Below, in pieces: positions 13,241-24,805 of a stretch of 64,000 nucleotides of DNA; position 1 is the stretch's first letter; each line of letters opens with the position of its first letter. This DNA is from Amphiscolops sp. MND2022. Its lineage: Eukaryota. The stretch spans positions 45,014,001 through 45,078,000 of the forward strand of contig OZ076413.1 in NCBI GenBank assembly GCA_964187785.1. The letters are read 5' to 3'. The notes under the pieces were generated by a model. That model searched no databases. It was not told the origin of the DNA and was given only the letters and a program-made list of their open reading frames with translations. Both the position numbers and the translations under genes were made by a program.

Positions 13241-16200
13241 AAAGTTTATGTGAATGCTTTACAAAGTTCTCTAAATTCTTTTCCAGTAACGTCAGTGTCT
13301 TCATCTGTTCTAATGGTTTGTGGTAGGCCATTTAGTGTAACATATTGTTCCGAAAAATTTTTTCCTGTTCTTCCTGTCGATGCTTCACAAATGCACGCCG
13401 CCGGCCGTCTGCTCTACCTGTCAATTGAAAGTAATATGTAAAACTTCCGGTGCTTAAATTTCACTGGTCTAATGAAATTCAATTAGATTTCTTGGTTTGT
13501 ATTCTCTACCGGTGATAAGTAGTTAATTTCAGTCACCAGTAACTGTGGTTTAATGTTCGTACCTGCCGTTTTGCACGGAATGCATTAAGCGCACTTTTGT
13601 TGCATGTCTCGTGTTATCCGTGGCAATCAGAATGGTTCCGCCGCTGCCGTCATCTTGTTGATGGCCGCGTGTCTACGATGTAGGAGCATATTTCTTGTTG
13701 TTCTTAGGGCCTTCGGAATTATAATTCGGTCTTCGTAGAATACTACACGGAATGTCATTGATAATTGTTTCTGGTAAGGTTTGTATTCTTCGGGTATTTG
13801 TTCTGATGTTCTTCTTTCCAAACATACCAGTGTTTTCAATAACTTTTCGTCATTGGTTGTTTCTTTTGACAATGGTTTTCAGGTCGGTAGTAAATTTTTG
13901 CTCCGCTTGACTGATCGTCTCCTCCAAGTCCCATTTACTTTCATTTTGGATGTGACTGGCCTGCGCCATCTGAATATACCTCACACTGGTTGTCCCGAGA
14001 TATTTTTTGAAATTGATCGCTGGGACGCCGAATGATTCAACAGAACTTGTTGATTCAGACTCGATTGTCTCCGGTGGGTTTTCTGCTTCTTGTCTGCCGT
14101 CGCTTGTTCCTGGTTGTTCTCCGACTTGTTTTTGCGGCATGTTTCTGACTTTTTCCATCACCCGGTTTGATTCTTCTGTTCGTGTGGTGTCTTCTTCTGG
14201 TTCTTAATCTAATTCTTCAATCCGGTTCCAGATCATCTTTTTCTTCTTTGGGTAAAAATCATTTCGATTCGTTTCATTTCCTCTCTGTGATGTCTTGGCG
14301 GATTGTACTTTTTCCAAACTCCATTGGATGTTCTGTGTTCTCCGGCTTCTACCAATTCTTTGCAACGGTTTGTTAATTGTAAGGTTTCTTCCGATGGATC
14401 GTTTGTTTCGGTTTGTTCAGTGCTACGAATGTCCATTGTTGTTTCGTGGTTGGTTTGCAAATTGTTCATTGTGTTTTGATCGACAGGATTAAGCTAAGCA
14501 ACGAACTGCGCTTGTTTGTTTTGTTCGCTTTTGACTTCGGTTCGTTTTCTTTGCTTGATGCTGATTGGTCGAGTTTCTGTTCACTTTTCTTAGTTTGGTC
14601 CGTTCGCGCTTCTGAATTCGTCTTACCAGTGATGCTGCCGTAATTGTTGATGAACTCAAGTAATGGTATTATGCAATAAATTACGTACTCTTAAGTATTA
14701 AGTACGTAATTTTCAATAGACCCTGGCGTTAATATTGGATTTCTGCTCAAATAGTCTGTTAGCGCTAAATGTTTTCCGGCGATGTGTTTGATATATATAT
14801 GTGGCGATGTATATCGAAATGAGCCAGACGATTTAACCATTTTGTTAGTCTTGCGCTGTAGGTTTTATTCGACCTATTTCTTTTGATGAGTGGTTCCAGC
14901 GGTTGGTGATCTGTTAATAATTCGATTGGTTTTCCTTAAATATGTAGTCTGAAATGTTCCAATCCCCAGACTACTGCTGACAATTCCAGTTCGTTTAATG
15001 CATACTTCTTTTCCGTATCAGATTAACATCAACTTGCGAATCCGATCGGTTTTAACTCCCCGGTTTTTTGTTTCTGCCAAAGGGTTGCTTCCAATCTTTT
15101 CGAGCTGGCGTCCGTTGTAATAATGTTTTCACTTTGAGCGTTATATTGTGCTAGACATGTTTTTTTTGTAATGCATTTTCTATTTTGTTGAATGTTTCAG
15201 TGTGTTCGTCTGTCCATATCCAATTGTTTTGTGTCTTCAACAAAATTCTCAGAATGTCGGTGTTTGCTGGCAGATTTTCCATGTACTTTGATAGGTATTG
15301 AATAGCTCCCAGGAATGAGTTCAATTCTTTTTCTTTTTTTGGTATGTCGATTTTGGTAATTGCTTCTAATATGTCTTTGAGTGGTCTGATGCCTTGTTGA
15401 TCTATTTTATGACCCACCCATTCAATTTCTTTTTTGAAAAATTCACACTTCTTCGGGTTTAATCTGGACCCCGCCTGTTCCAGTTTAGTCATTTTTTCTC
15501 GTACTTCCGCTTCGTGTTTGTCCCTGGTTCTTTTGGTGACTATTATTATGTCATCTAGCCAGGTCGGTTCTTTGTGCTCCAGTGTTGTGTCTATCCGTTC
15601 TTGGAATATTGTTGGAATATCGGCCACTCCGTAAAAGAATTTCCGGAAACGGTAATAACCCGTAAAATCTCCTCTCGTTACGGTAAACTTGCATAGGTTT
15701 TTTTGTATTTCGTCGAGCTTGATTTGTCCGTATGCATAGTCGAAACCATGTTTTCTTGCTAAGATTTCGCCGTCTGATCCTTCAGAGATTTTTCTCGAGA
15801 TCCGTGATATCAATTCTTCCATATTTGGCATTTTTGCTTTTCTCTTCACTGTGATCTCATTTAACTTTCTAGAGTCGAGAGCAATCTTTACCGACTTGTC
15901 TTTCTTCAGTGTTATCACTGCGGGGCTTACAAAGCAATCTTCCGTAATTTCTGTTGCTTTTTCCACATAACGGTGTTTAACTAGACGTTTTACCTCTTGT
16001 GACACTTGGTCTAGGAAGTGTATTGGAATTGGTCGTCCTTTTTGTTATATTATTTGTGCTCCGGCTTTCGGATTTATTTTGACCAAGAGATTTTTTATCT
16101 CTTTGTTGCTGTAAAAAAAATCTTTGAAATTGTTCTAAAGTTTTATAATTCTTCTTTCCGTGTTGTCCATTTGTATGTTGTGAGTTTGAATTGCCTCGTT

Positions 16201-19200
16201 GTTTGAGCTCAAATTGATTTTCAGCAGTTGCATCCAGTCCAATCCCATTAACGACGCCGTTTGTGCCCTTGTAAATAATAATGGTAGTTCGATTGTTTCT
16301 TTATTTGTTTTGACAGTAGCTTTCGTCTGGCCTACAAAATTAATCTTTCGATTGTTTACATCTTTATAAGTGGCCTTCAGTGGTTCATTTGGTGTAATTT
16401 TGCTGAATAGGCATCCCGGAATGAGTGTAACTGGTGAGCCGCTGTCGATAATAAATTTGATTGGTACGTTGTTAACCAGTAGTGTCGCATCATAAAAGCC
16501 TTTCCTCTGTTTTGTAATATCTATTTCTGGATTCTTTTGTATTCCCAGTTGTTCTCTTCTGCCGATGATATTGTTCTGTCAATGTATTGTACTCGTTTCA
16601 ATGATCTGCACATCTTTTCATAATGGCCTCTTCTTTTGCAATTTCTGTATTCTGCTTTTGTTGCTGGGCAAGTGTGCTGTCTCGACCAGTTTGGTGCCCC
16701 GCACTGTCCACATCGGTTCTCTTTTGGCTTTTGCTTTTGATATTCCGTTCTTTCCTTTGTCCTTTTCGCATCGCGTTTGTCCGTCCATTTTCGTTTGTAC
16801 GGTCATTCTTGTACGTGTTTTGTTTCTCTTCCGTCGTTCGAATTGTTTGAATCATTTAATCGATCGTACATGTAATCATGTATCAAGTCTGTTATTTTGT
16901 CGACCGTCATGTCGCTTTTTCGAATTTTCTTCTTTAGTTCATAGTCGCCTGTTGATCTGCCGACTACAGATAAGAACTTCGATGCTAACAATTCGGCTGG
17001 TACTACATTCTCGAATTCTCAGTTCTTTTCCACCTTTAGTATTCTCGTCCATACGTCTTCTGCTGTCTCATGTTTTTCTCTTGTTATCAAGAGAGTATTT
17101 CTCTTGTCTCAAAGTTTATGTAAATGCTTTACAAAGTTCTCTAAATTCTTTTCCAGTAACGTCAGTGTCTTCATCTGTTCTAATGGTTTGTGGTACGCCA
17201 TTTAGTGTAACATATTGTTCCGAATTTTTTTTTCTGTTCTTCCTGTCGGTGCTTCACAAATGCACGCCGCCGGCCGTCTGCTCTACCTGTCAATTGAAAG
17301 TAATATGTAAAACTTCCGGTGCTTAAATTTCACTGGTCTAATGAAATCCAATTGGATTTCTTGGTTTGTATTCTCTACCGGTGATAAGTAGTTAATTTCA
17401 GTCACCAGTAACTGTGGTTTAATGTTCGTACCTGCCGTGTTGCACGGAATGCATTAATCGCACTTTTGTTGCATGTCTCGTGTTATCCGTGGCAATCAGA
17501 ATGGTTCCGCCGCTGCCGTCATCTTGTTGATGGCCGCGTGTCTATTATGTAGGAGCATATTTCTTGTTGTTCTTAGGGCCTTCGGAATTATAATTCGGTC
17601 TTCGTAGAATACTACACGGAATGTCGTTGATAATTGTTTCTGGTAAGGTTTGTATTCTTCGGGTATTTGTTCTGATGTTCTTCTTTCCAAACATACCAGT
17701 GTTTTCAATAACTTTTCGTCATTGGTTGTTTCTTTTGACAATGGTTTTCAGGTCGGTAGTAAATTTTTGCTCCGCTTGACTGATCGTCTCCTCCAAGTCC
17801 CATTTACTTTCATTTTGGATGTGACTGGCCTGCGCCATCTGAATATACCTCACACCGGTTGTCCCGAGATATTTTTTGAAATTGATCGCTGGGACGCCGA
17901 ATGATTCAACAGAACTTGTTGATTCAGTCTCGATTGTCTGCGGTGGGTTTTCTGCTTCTTGTCTGCCGTCGCTTGTTCCTGGTTGTTCTCCGACTTAATT
18001 TTGCGGCATGTTTCTGACTTTTTCCATCACCCGGTTTGATTCTTCTGTTCTTGTGGTGTCTTCTTCTGGTTCTTAATCTTATTCTTCAATCCGGTTCCAG
18101 AGCATCTATTTCTTCTTTGGGTAAAAATCATTTCGATTCGTTTCATTTCCTCTCTGTGATGTCTTGGCGGATTGTACTTTTTCCAAACTCCATTGGATGT
18201 TCTGTGTTCTCCGGGTTCTACCAATTCTTTGCAACTGTTTGTTAACTGTAAGGTTTCTTCCGATGGATCGTTTGTTAAGCTAAGCAACGAACTGCGCTTG
18301 TTTGTTTTGTTCGCTTGTGACTTCGGTTCGTTTTCTTTGCTTGATGCTGATTGGTCGAGTTTCTGTTCACACTTCTCAGTTTGGTCCGTTCGCGCTTCTG
18401 AATTCGTCTTACCAGTGATGCTGCCGTAATTGTTGATGAACTCAAGTAATGGTATTATGCAATAAATTACGTACTCTTAAGTATTAAGTACGTAATTTTC
18501 AATAGACCCTGGCTTCAATATTGGATTTCTGCTCAAATAGTCTGTTAGCGCTAAATGTTNNNNNNNNNNNNNNNNNNNNNNNNNNNNNNNNNNNNNNNNN
18601 NNNNNNNNNNNNNNNNNNNNNNNNNNNNNNNNNNNNNNNNNNNNNNNNNNNNNNNNNNNNNNNNNNNNNNNNNNNNNNNNNNNNNNNNNNNNNNNNNNNN
18701 NNNNNNNNNNNNNNNNNNNNNNNNNNNNNNNNNNNNNNNNNNNNNNNNNNNNNNNNNNNGTTTCAGTGTGTTCGTCTGTCCATATTCAATTGTTTTGTCT
18801 CTTCAACAAAATTCTCAGAATGTCGGTGTTTGCTGACAGATTTTCCATGTACTTTGATAGGTATTGAATAGCTCCCAGGAATGAGTTCAATTCTTTTTCA
18901 TTTTTTGGTATGTCGATTTTGGTAATTGCTTCTAATGTGTCTTGGAGTGGTCTGATGCCTTGTTGATCTTTTTTATGACCCACCCATTCAATTTCTTTTT
19001 TGAAAAATTCACACTTCACCGGGTTTAATCTCGACCCCGCCTGTTCCAGTTTGGTCATTTTTTTCGTACTTCCGCTTCGTGTTTGTCCCTGGTTCTTTTG
19101 GTGACTATTAATATGTCATCTAGCCAGGTCGGGTCTTTGTGCTCCAGTGTTGTGTCTATCCGTTCTTGGAATATTGTTGGAATATCGGCCACTCCGTAAA

Positions 19201-20656
19201 AGAATTTCCGGAAACGGTAATAACCCGTAAAATATCCTACCGTTACGGTAAACTTGCATAGGTTTCTTTGTATTTCGTCGAGCTTGATTTGTCCGTATGC
19301 ATAGTCGAAACCATGTTTTCTTGCTAAGATTTCGACGTCTGATTCTTCAGAGATTTTTCTCGAGATCCGTGATATCAATTCTTCCATATTTGGCATTTTT
19401 GCTTTTCTCTTCACTGTGATCTCATTCAACTTTCTAGAATCGAGAGCAATCTTTACCGACTTGTCTTTCTTCACTGTTTTCACTGCGGGGCTTACAAAGC
19501 AATCTTCCGTAATTTCTGTTGCTTTTTCCACATAACCGTGTTTAACTAGACGTTTTATCTCTTGTGACACTTGGTCTAGGAAGTGTATTGGAATTGGTCG
19601 TCCTTTTTGTTATATTATTTGTGCTCCGGCTTTCGGATTTATTTTGACCAAGAGATTTTTTATCTCTTTGTTGTTGTAAAATAAATCTTTGAAATTGTTC
19701 TAAAGTTTTATAATTCTTCTTTCCGTGTTGTCCATTTGTATGTTGTGAGTTTGAATTGCGTCGTTGTTTGAGCTCAAATTGATTTTCAGCCGTTGCATTC
19801 AGTCCAATCCCATTAACGACGCCGTTTGTGCCTTTGTAAATAATAATGGTAGTTCGATTGTTTCTTTATTTGTTTTGACAGTAGCTTTCGTCTGGCCTAC
19901 AAAATTAATCTTTCGATTGTTTACATCTTTATAAGTGGCCTTCAGTGGTTCATTTGGTGTAATTTTGCTGAATAGGCATCCCGGAATGAGTGTAAACTGG
20001 TGAGCCGCTGTCGATAATAAATTTGATTGGTACGTTGTTAACCAGTAGTGTGGCATTATAAAAGCCTTTCCTCTGTTTTGTAATATCTATTCTCTGGATT
20101 CTTTTGTATTCCCAGTTGTTCTCTTCTGCCAATGATATTGTTCTGTCAATGTATTGTACTCGTTTCAATGATCTGCACATCTTTTCATAATGGCCTCTTC
20201 TTTTGCAATTTCTGTATTCTGCCGTTTTTGCTGGGCAAGTGTGCTGTCTCGACCAGTTTGGTGCCCCGCACTGTCCACATCGGTTATCTTTTGGCTTTTG
20301 ATTTTGATATTCCGTTCTTTCCTTTGTCCTTTTCGCATCGGGTTTGTCCATCCATTTTCGTTTGCACGGTCATTCTTGTACGTGTTTTGTTTCTCTTTCG
20401 TCGTTCGAATTGTTTGAATCATTTAATCGATCGTACATGTAATCATGTATCAAGTCTGTTATTGTGTCCACCGTCATGTCGCTTTTTTCGAATTTTCTTC
20501 TTTAGTTCATAGTCGCCTGTTGATCTGCCGATTACAGATAAGAACTTCGATGCTAACAATTCGGCTGGTACTACATTCTCGAATTCGCAGTTCTTTTCCA
20601 CCTTTAGTATTCTCGTCCATACGTCTTCTGCTGTTTCATGTTTTTCTCTTGTTATC
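13241..20656. repeat. ~3.8-kb tandem duplication inside E2 (13241-17088 vs 17111-20656)
   Basis: Same sequence read twice with scattered SNPs, a ~60-bp deletion in copy 2 near 18273 and a 22-nt junction filler. Confidence 0.9.
18560..18759. other. Assembly gap (200 N)
   Basis: Run of N; the equivalent segment in copy 1 (~14774-15193) is ~420 bp. Confidence 1.
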
Positions 20657-21091
20657 CCAAAGAAATCTGCTTTACTGTGGAATTTGTTTCGTTCCGGTAT
20701 GAAATGTAACCGGAACAGCGAAAATAAATGATTGATGTCCATTCGATTTGGGTCGTTGTCTCTAACTGTCCTTGTCATCTCCGTTATTGCTGCCTTGCCC
20801 AATGCCCAAATGAATAAGTCTTTGATCCGGTCTTCCAGATCGTCCCTGTAGTTTTGTAAAATTTCGAAGTCTGTTGTCATTATATTGAGATCAATTTTTG
20901 GGTCATTTTAATATACTACGTGAATCGTCTTCACCATAGCTTCGCCTCTTGTATCCCGCGTTTTTCAAATGTTGGTAGCGTGATTTTGTGATGTGTCTTT
21001 TCGGTTTTTGAGTTTGTTCTTTCGGAGATTTCTCCGCTTGAAGAGTCTGTGCTCACTGTTGCTTTTGATTGTCCATCTTGCTTACTGCCAA

Positions 21092-21280
21092 TGTTGTATC
21101 TTGTGAATAAGATAAGGAAACAAAGGAAGTGCTGTAAGAATCTATTCTGTTCGATAAGCGTATTCAAAGGTTAATGAATAGGTCAGCACAATGTTGAGTA
21201 GTAGCGTTGTTGACAGGTACTAAATTGTCACTGCTACTATTTTTAGTATAAAGAATTGCATGAAGTCACGTCATGCCACA
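21092..21280 (-). repeat. E2 5' LTR
   Basis: Direct repeat of 11940-12128, followed on the minus strand by the PBS. Confidence 0.95.
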
Positions 21281-21326
21281 ACTGGAAACCTAAAAAGTAC
21301 TTCCATGTAAGTTTCGGTGTTAAAGT

Positions 21327-23704
21327 TGTTACGACACACTATCGAGTCGTTTTGGGTAGAACTTATCCTCACTGATTTTGTAGGAGTATAAAAGTTTCTA
21401 GTTTCCTCTTCTACTTCTTCCTCAGTATTCTCCCTAATACTTCCCCTTGTTTCAGGTTTCAAGAGTTTCAACATTTCCTTCTGAGATTCGACAAGAAGAT
21501 TCTTGATCTCTGATGTTATTTCCTCTTTCAAGGAAGCCCTTAAACTTTCTAAGAGGCTGTTTTCAATCCGGGGGGATTTTGAGTTAGAAGGCCCCGCTGC
21601 CCCATCGTCCTGGTTTAAGGGACAAGGATTCCTTACTGCTATGGGTGAAATTAAGCCTTCACTTACGTTCTCATTGGTGCTTTGCTGATCATTCCTTCTT
21701 TTCTGGCTTCTTGTTGTTGACATTTTGTAGAAAAGTTTGAACTTGAAGAATTGAATTTCTTTCAAAGATTTTTCTGACAAAGTAGAACAAGGCAAGAGTG
21801 AAATTGAAAATTCAACTGAATTGTACAATTGCAAAAGACTGAGTCCCTCAATCATCAAATCCTATCATATTTATACCCTCCCAGCATCATTTGATCACGA
21901 CCATAATCCCTAATTTCCTTCGAACAATTAGTCATTTCCTGTTTTATCGATGAAAAAATCACGAAGTTCCCAAATTTGCGCTAACATTTCGTCGATTTTT
22001 AAGACACGACAACTTTAAAATAGTATTAGTCATCAAACATGATCATATCATTTCATCCCGGCGTCCTTTTGCTTCCTCCCAAGCAGGAAGTAGATATTAC
22101 TTCAGTCTGTCAAACCGGAAATGCTTCCCTGTTTTACTGCTTTGGTTCGCGGGAAATTGACGCTGAGATGACGCTGACGTGAACAACAAATACCTGATTT
22201 TGAATTTCGCTTTGATAAAAATGCTATGACTAATTCCAAAATAGGAATATTTGAACGATGCTAGGACGATATTTTATGAATTTGGATTCAATCTTTTGCT
22301 AGAGATGGGAATGAAATCATGATATGAAAATAATACTTTGTTAGCAACTTTGTCATGTCGTGTCAAACACGACAAAATTTACAAAATTAACAACAACGTT
22401 TGTTAAATAACAACACCAACACAACGTAAATAACTGGACAGCAACGGATGTACTAATATAGAAAAACATGATCACAATCACAAGTACAGCGTTCAATGTT
22501 GTAGAGTACAAAAATGCAAAATATATGAAAAATACATTTCTGGTACAAAATATGCTTTTAGTTGGAGAGAATAAACTGTGACTTCCTAATTAATCTGCTG
22601 TGAGATCTTGTAATAAGATGGTTTATACGCGGAAATTCCTTTATCGTTAAGAGTACATGATTGTTACTTAACGTGGGGTTGAAAATATCCTATATGTGCC
22701 AAAACGCATTCTAAATTGGGACCTTAAACCATGGAAAATCAACAATGTATTCGTTATACAATTTGCAACAGTCTGCAATTTTCTCTCCTTAGGAAATAAC
22801 GGCATTTGCGCGATGAAAACTTGACTAAATTCAGCAAATTCATTCACTTTATTCAATTTCATAAACTTGTCAACGTCATGTTGACGAGTTTTCTTGGCAG
22901 AATTTAAGCTTCATAAACTTGTCAACGTCATGTTGACGAGTTTTCTTGGCAGAATAGAGATTTTGACTAGTTTGACGCAATGCTGACGAGTATTTTAGAA
23001 ATGAGTCTCTCGCTAGCTGCCGGTGCAGTGACGTCACAGTGGCGGTAAATTGGAATGATTCCTAGCAATGTTATTAGTATAGGCGGATAATTGGAATGAT
23101 TTGCTGGTACGCGTATGCGAGGCAGTGACGTCAATTGATATGCCTTCAAACTTGTCTGCGTCCTACTGACGACAAATATACATGTATTCTTATTTCTTTT
23201 GCCGCTTTGTTTACTCAGCGCAGTATTGACGTCCTAAATCATTTTAATTGCTGTTCAAAAAGTAATTAAGCTGTCTTTCTAAGAAAAGGGCTTAAACCAA
23301 TCGGTGAGTCATCTCAGTCTATTTTCTATTTTAGATCTGATTAATGTTCTTTTGGAAGATGATTTTGACTACGTTTTCATTTAGATTAGACTATGCTTTC
23401 TTTGTTTTAGAATGTAATTCAATTTAGTTTCCAGGTGGCGAATGTTGCTATTTTGACGTGACAACCGCATCTTACCGGAAATGCGTGAAATCATTTTGGT
23501 TCATTTTGTTCTCTGTTTTCATTTCCAGTTGAAATTTGCGCAGTTTAGTTGTATTTTCGTATTTCTAGTCACAGTTTATTTCAAGGATAAAGTTTTGGAG
23601 TTACCAGTTGAAATAAGATTTGGGGAATCTCAAATTACCTCCGTGTCCTCTCCCGATCTTCAGTCGTCTGCAACCACAAGCCAGACCAGGAGCGGGCTGT
23701 GACA
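21327..23704 (-). repeat. E3 3' LTR
   Basis: Matches 30348-32724 with about a dozen differences counted by eye; includes a 52-bp-period internal duplication at ~22858-22955. Confidence 0.95.
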
Positions 23705-24299
23705 GGGCCACACTAGTAGGAAGATTGACGCTGCCCGGGGCTCTGAGTTGTGAAGCAATTGTCGGAATAGTGGCGACTGGCTGTACTCTCCTCTCCAAAT
23801 CGTTTAAAGGGCTTGCCTGCAAGAAATTTATCATCCTTGGCGTTCCCGGCGGGGTGTTGAAGTAAGAAGAGGCGTCGTCCTGGTGTACTTTTTCGAGATA
23901 TTCTGCTACTTTACTGCTCGTTGTCGACTCTTTATCGTCTGTTGAGGGTTCAACAACAAATATGTCAGATGACAAACTCTCATCAGGGCTCTCTGGGGAG
24001 TCGGCCATTCCTACCTCTTCGGGACTTTCCGACTGTGGGTATTGACCCGATTCCACAGTTTCGAAGCTCGTGCTGAGTTTCATTCTTTTGCATTCAGCTT
24101 CCAGGGAGTCTAAAGAGAGGTCGAGAAATTCTTCCTCATCTGCAGTAGCTTCCGCAGACGAGTTCAGTATTTCGACAATTATTCTGGGATATTCTTTGTT
24201 GGCCCTGGGTAGCGGGGTAGAAGCCCTCGTGATTTCACCTTCCTCTTCGCTTGACGACGAGATGTCAATCAATTCATAAATATCTAGTAGATTATTCAT
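23601..24299 (-). CDS. E3 ORF3: acidic, low-complexity protein with SIM-like motifs (~232 aa), ending inside the 3' LTR
   Basis: Open frame from ATG 24299 (MNNLLDIYELIDISSSSEEE...); motifs LIDISSSSEEE, IIVEIL, FLDLSLDS, IFVVEP; positional counterpart in E5 and C-terminal remnant in E4. Confidence 0.65.
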   Translation of the reverse strand: MNNLLDIYELIDISSSSEEEGEITRASTPLPRANKEYPRIIVEILNSSAEATADEEEFLDLSLDSLEAECKRMKLSTSFETVESGQYPQSESPEEVGMADSPESPDESLSSDIFVVEPSTDDKESTTSSKVAEYLEKVHQDDASSYFNTPPGTPRMINFLQASPLNDLERRVQPVATIPTIASQLRAPGSVNLPTSVALSQPAPGLACGCRRLKIGRGHGGNLRFPKSYFNW

Positions 24300-24514
24300 C
24301 TTCTTTGTGAGATTTCTTTTCTTTTGCAGCTGTCGTTTGTATTTGATTGTTCCACAATGAATTTCGGCTTTATTAGGATTAAGGAAAGTATTGGAAAAAT
24401 CCCTCCATTTTGATTGGCAGTCCAATCATTTTAATTCTTTTTAATCTTCAGATATTGACGTTATGTCAGCATCGCATTTTATTGGCTGTAAATTGAAATA
24501 ATTTACTTGGCCAA

Positions 24515-24780
24515 AGTTGTCAACGTTATGCTGACGTCATTTTCGTTAGCTTAGCTAACTTTTGATTTTGTCACCGTTTTGATGACGTCATTTTAGGATA
24601 TAGGATTAATTTCTTAACCCTGATAACCTTTTTGTCGACGTTATGCCGACGTCAATTTCGTTGGTAATTAGCCAACTTTCATTTTTGTCACCGTTTTGAT
24701 GACGCCATTTTAGGGTATCGGATTAATTTCTTAACCCAGATAACCTTTTTGTCGACGTTATGCCGACGTCAATTTCGGCT
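24515..24780. promoter_or_regulatory. 117-bp tandem repeat with GACGTC/TGACGTCA motifs; putative bidirectional promoter
   Basis: tcaccgttttgatgacg...gtcgacgttatgccgacgtcaatttcg repeats at a 117-bp period (24571/24688; 24634/24751) between the divergent ORF3 and the antisense gene. Confidence 0.5.
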
Positions 24781-24805
24781 GTTTTTCAGATCCCAGCTGT
24801 TTTGT

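Larger units (their letters stand above)
12445..21076 (-). pseudogene. E2 gag-pol, fragmented and partly duplicated
   Basis: ORFs 20443-20880 (gag), 19950-20351 (zinc knuckle CGQCGAPNWSRQHTCPA..CKRRGH plus protease), 19055-19570 and 15151-16005 (RT), 12720-13331 (integrase C-terminus). Confidence 0.9.
11940..21280 (-). mobile_element. E2: Ty3/Gypsy LTR retrotransposon with an internal tandem duplication
   Basis: 189-bp LTRs differing at one base seen; flanks acttg/actgg (4 of 5 match); PBS tggcagtaagca; PPT aaagaagggggaa; gag, protease IIDSGSPV, RT WLDDII, RNase H and integrase remnants. Confidence 0.93.

Noticed and set aside
16565..17326. 253-aa plus-strand ORF and similar hydrophobic ORFs across E2
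   Set aside because: Antisense shadows of A-rich gag-pol; this one crosses the duplication junction
18521..18871. ORFs containing long X runs
   Set aside because: Artefacts of the N gap
23601..24425. ORF3 as a retroviral env gene
   Set aside because: No signal peptide, transmembrane helix or recognisable fusion-protein features; acidic low-complexity composition
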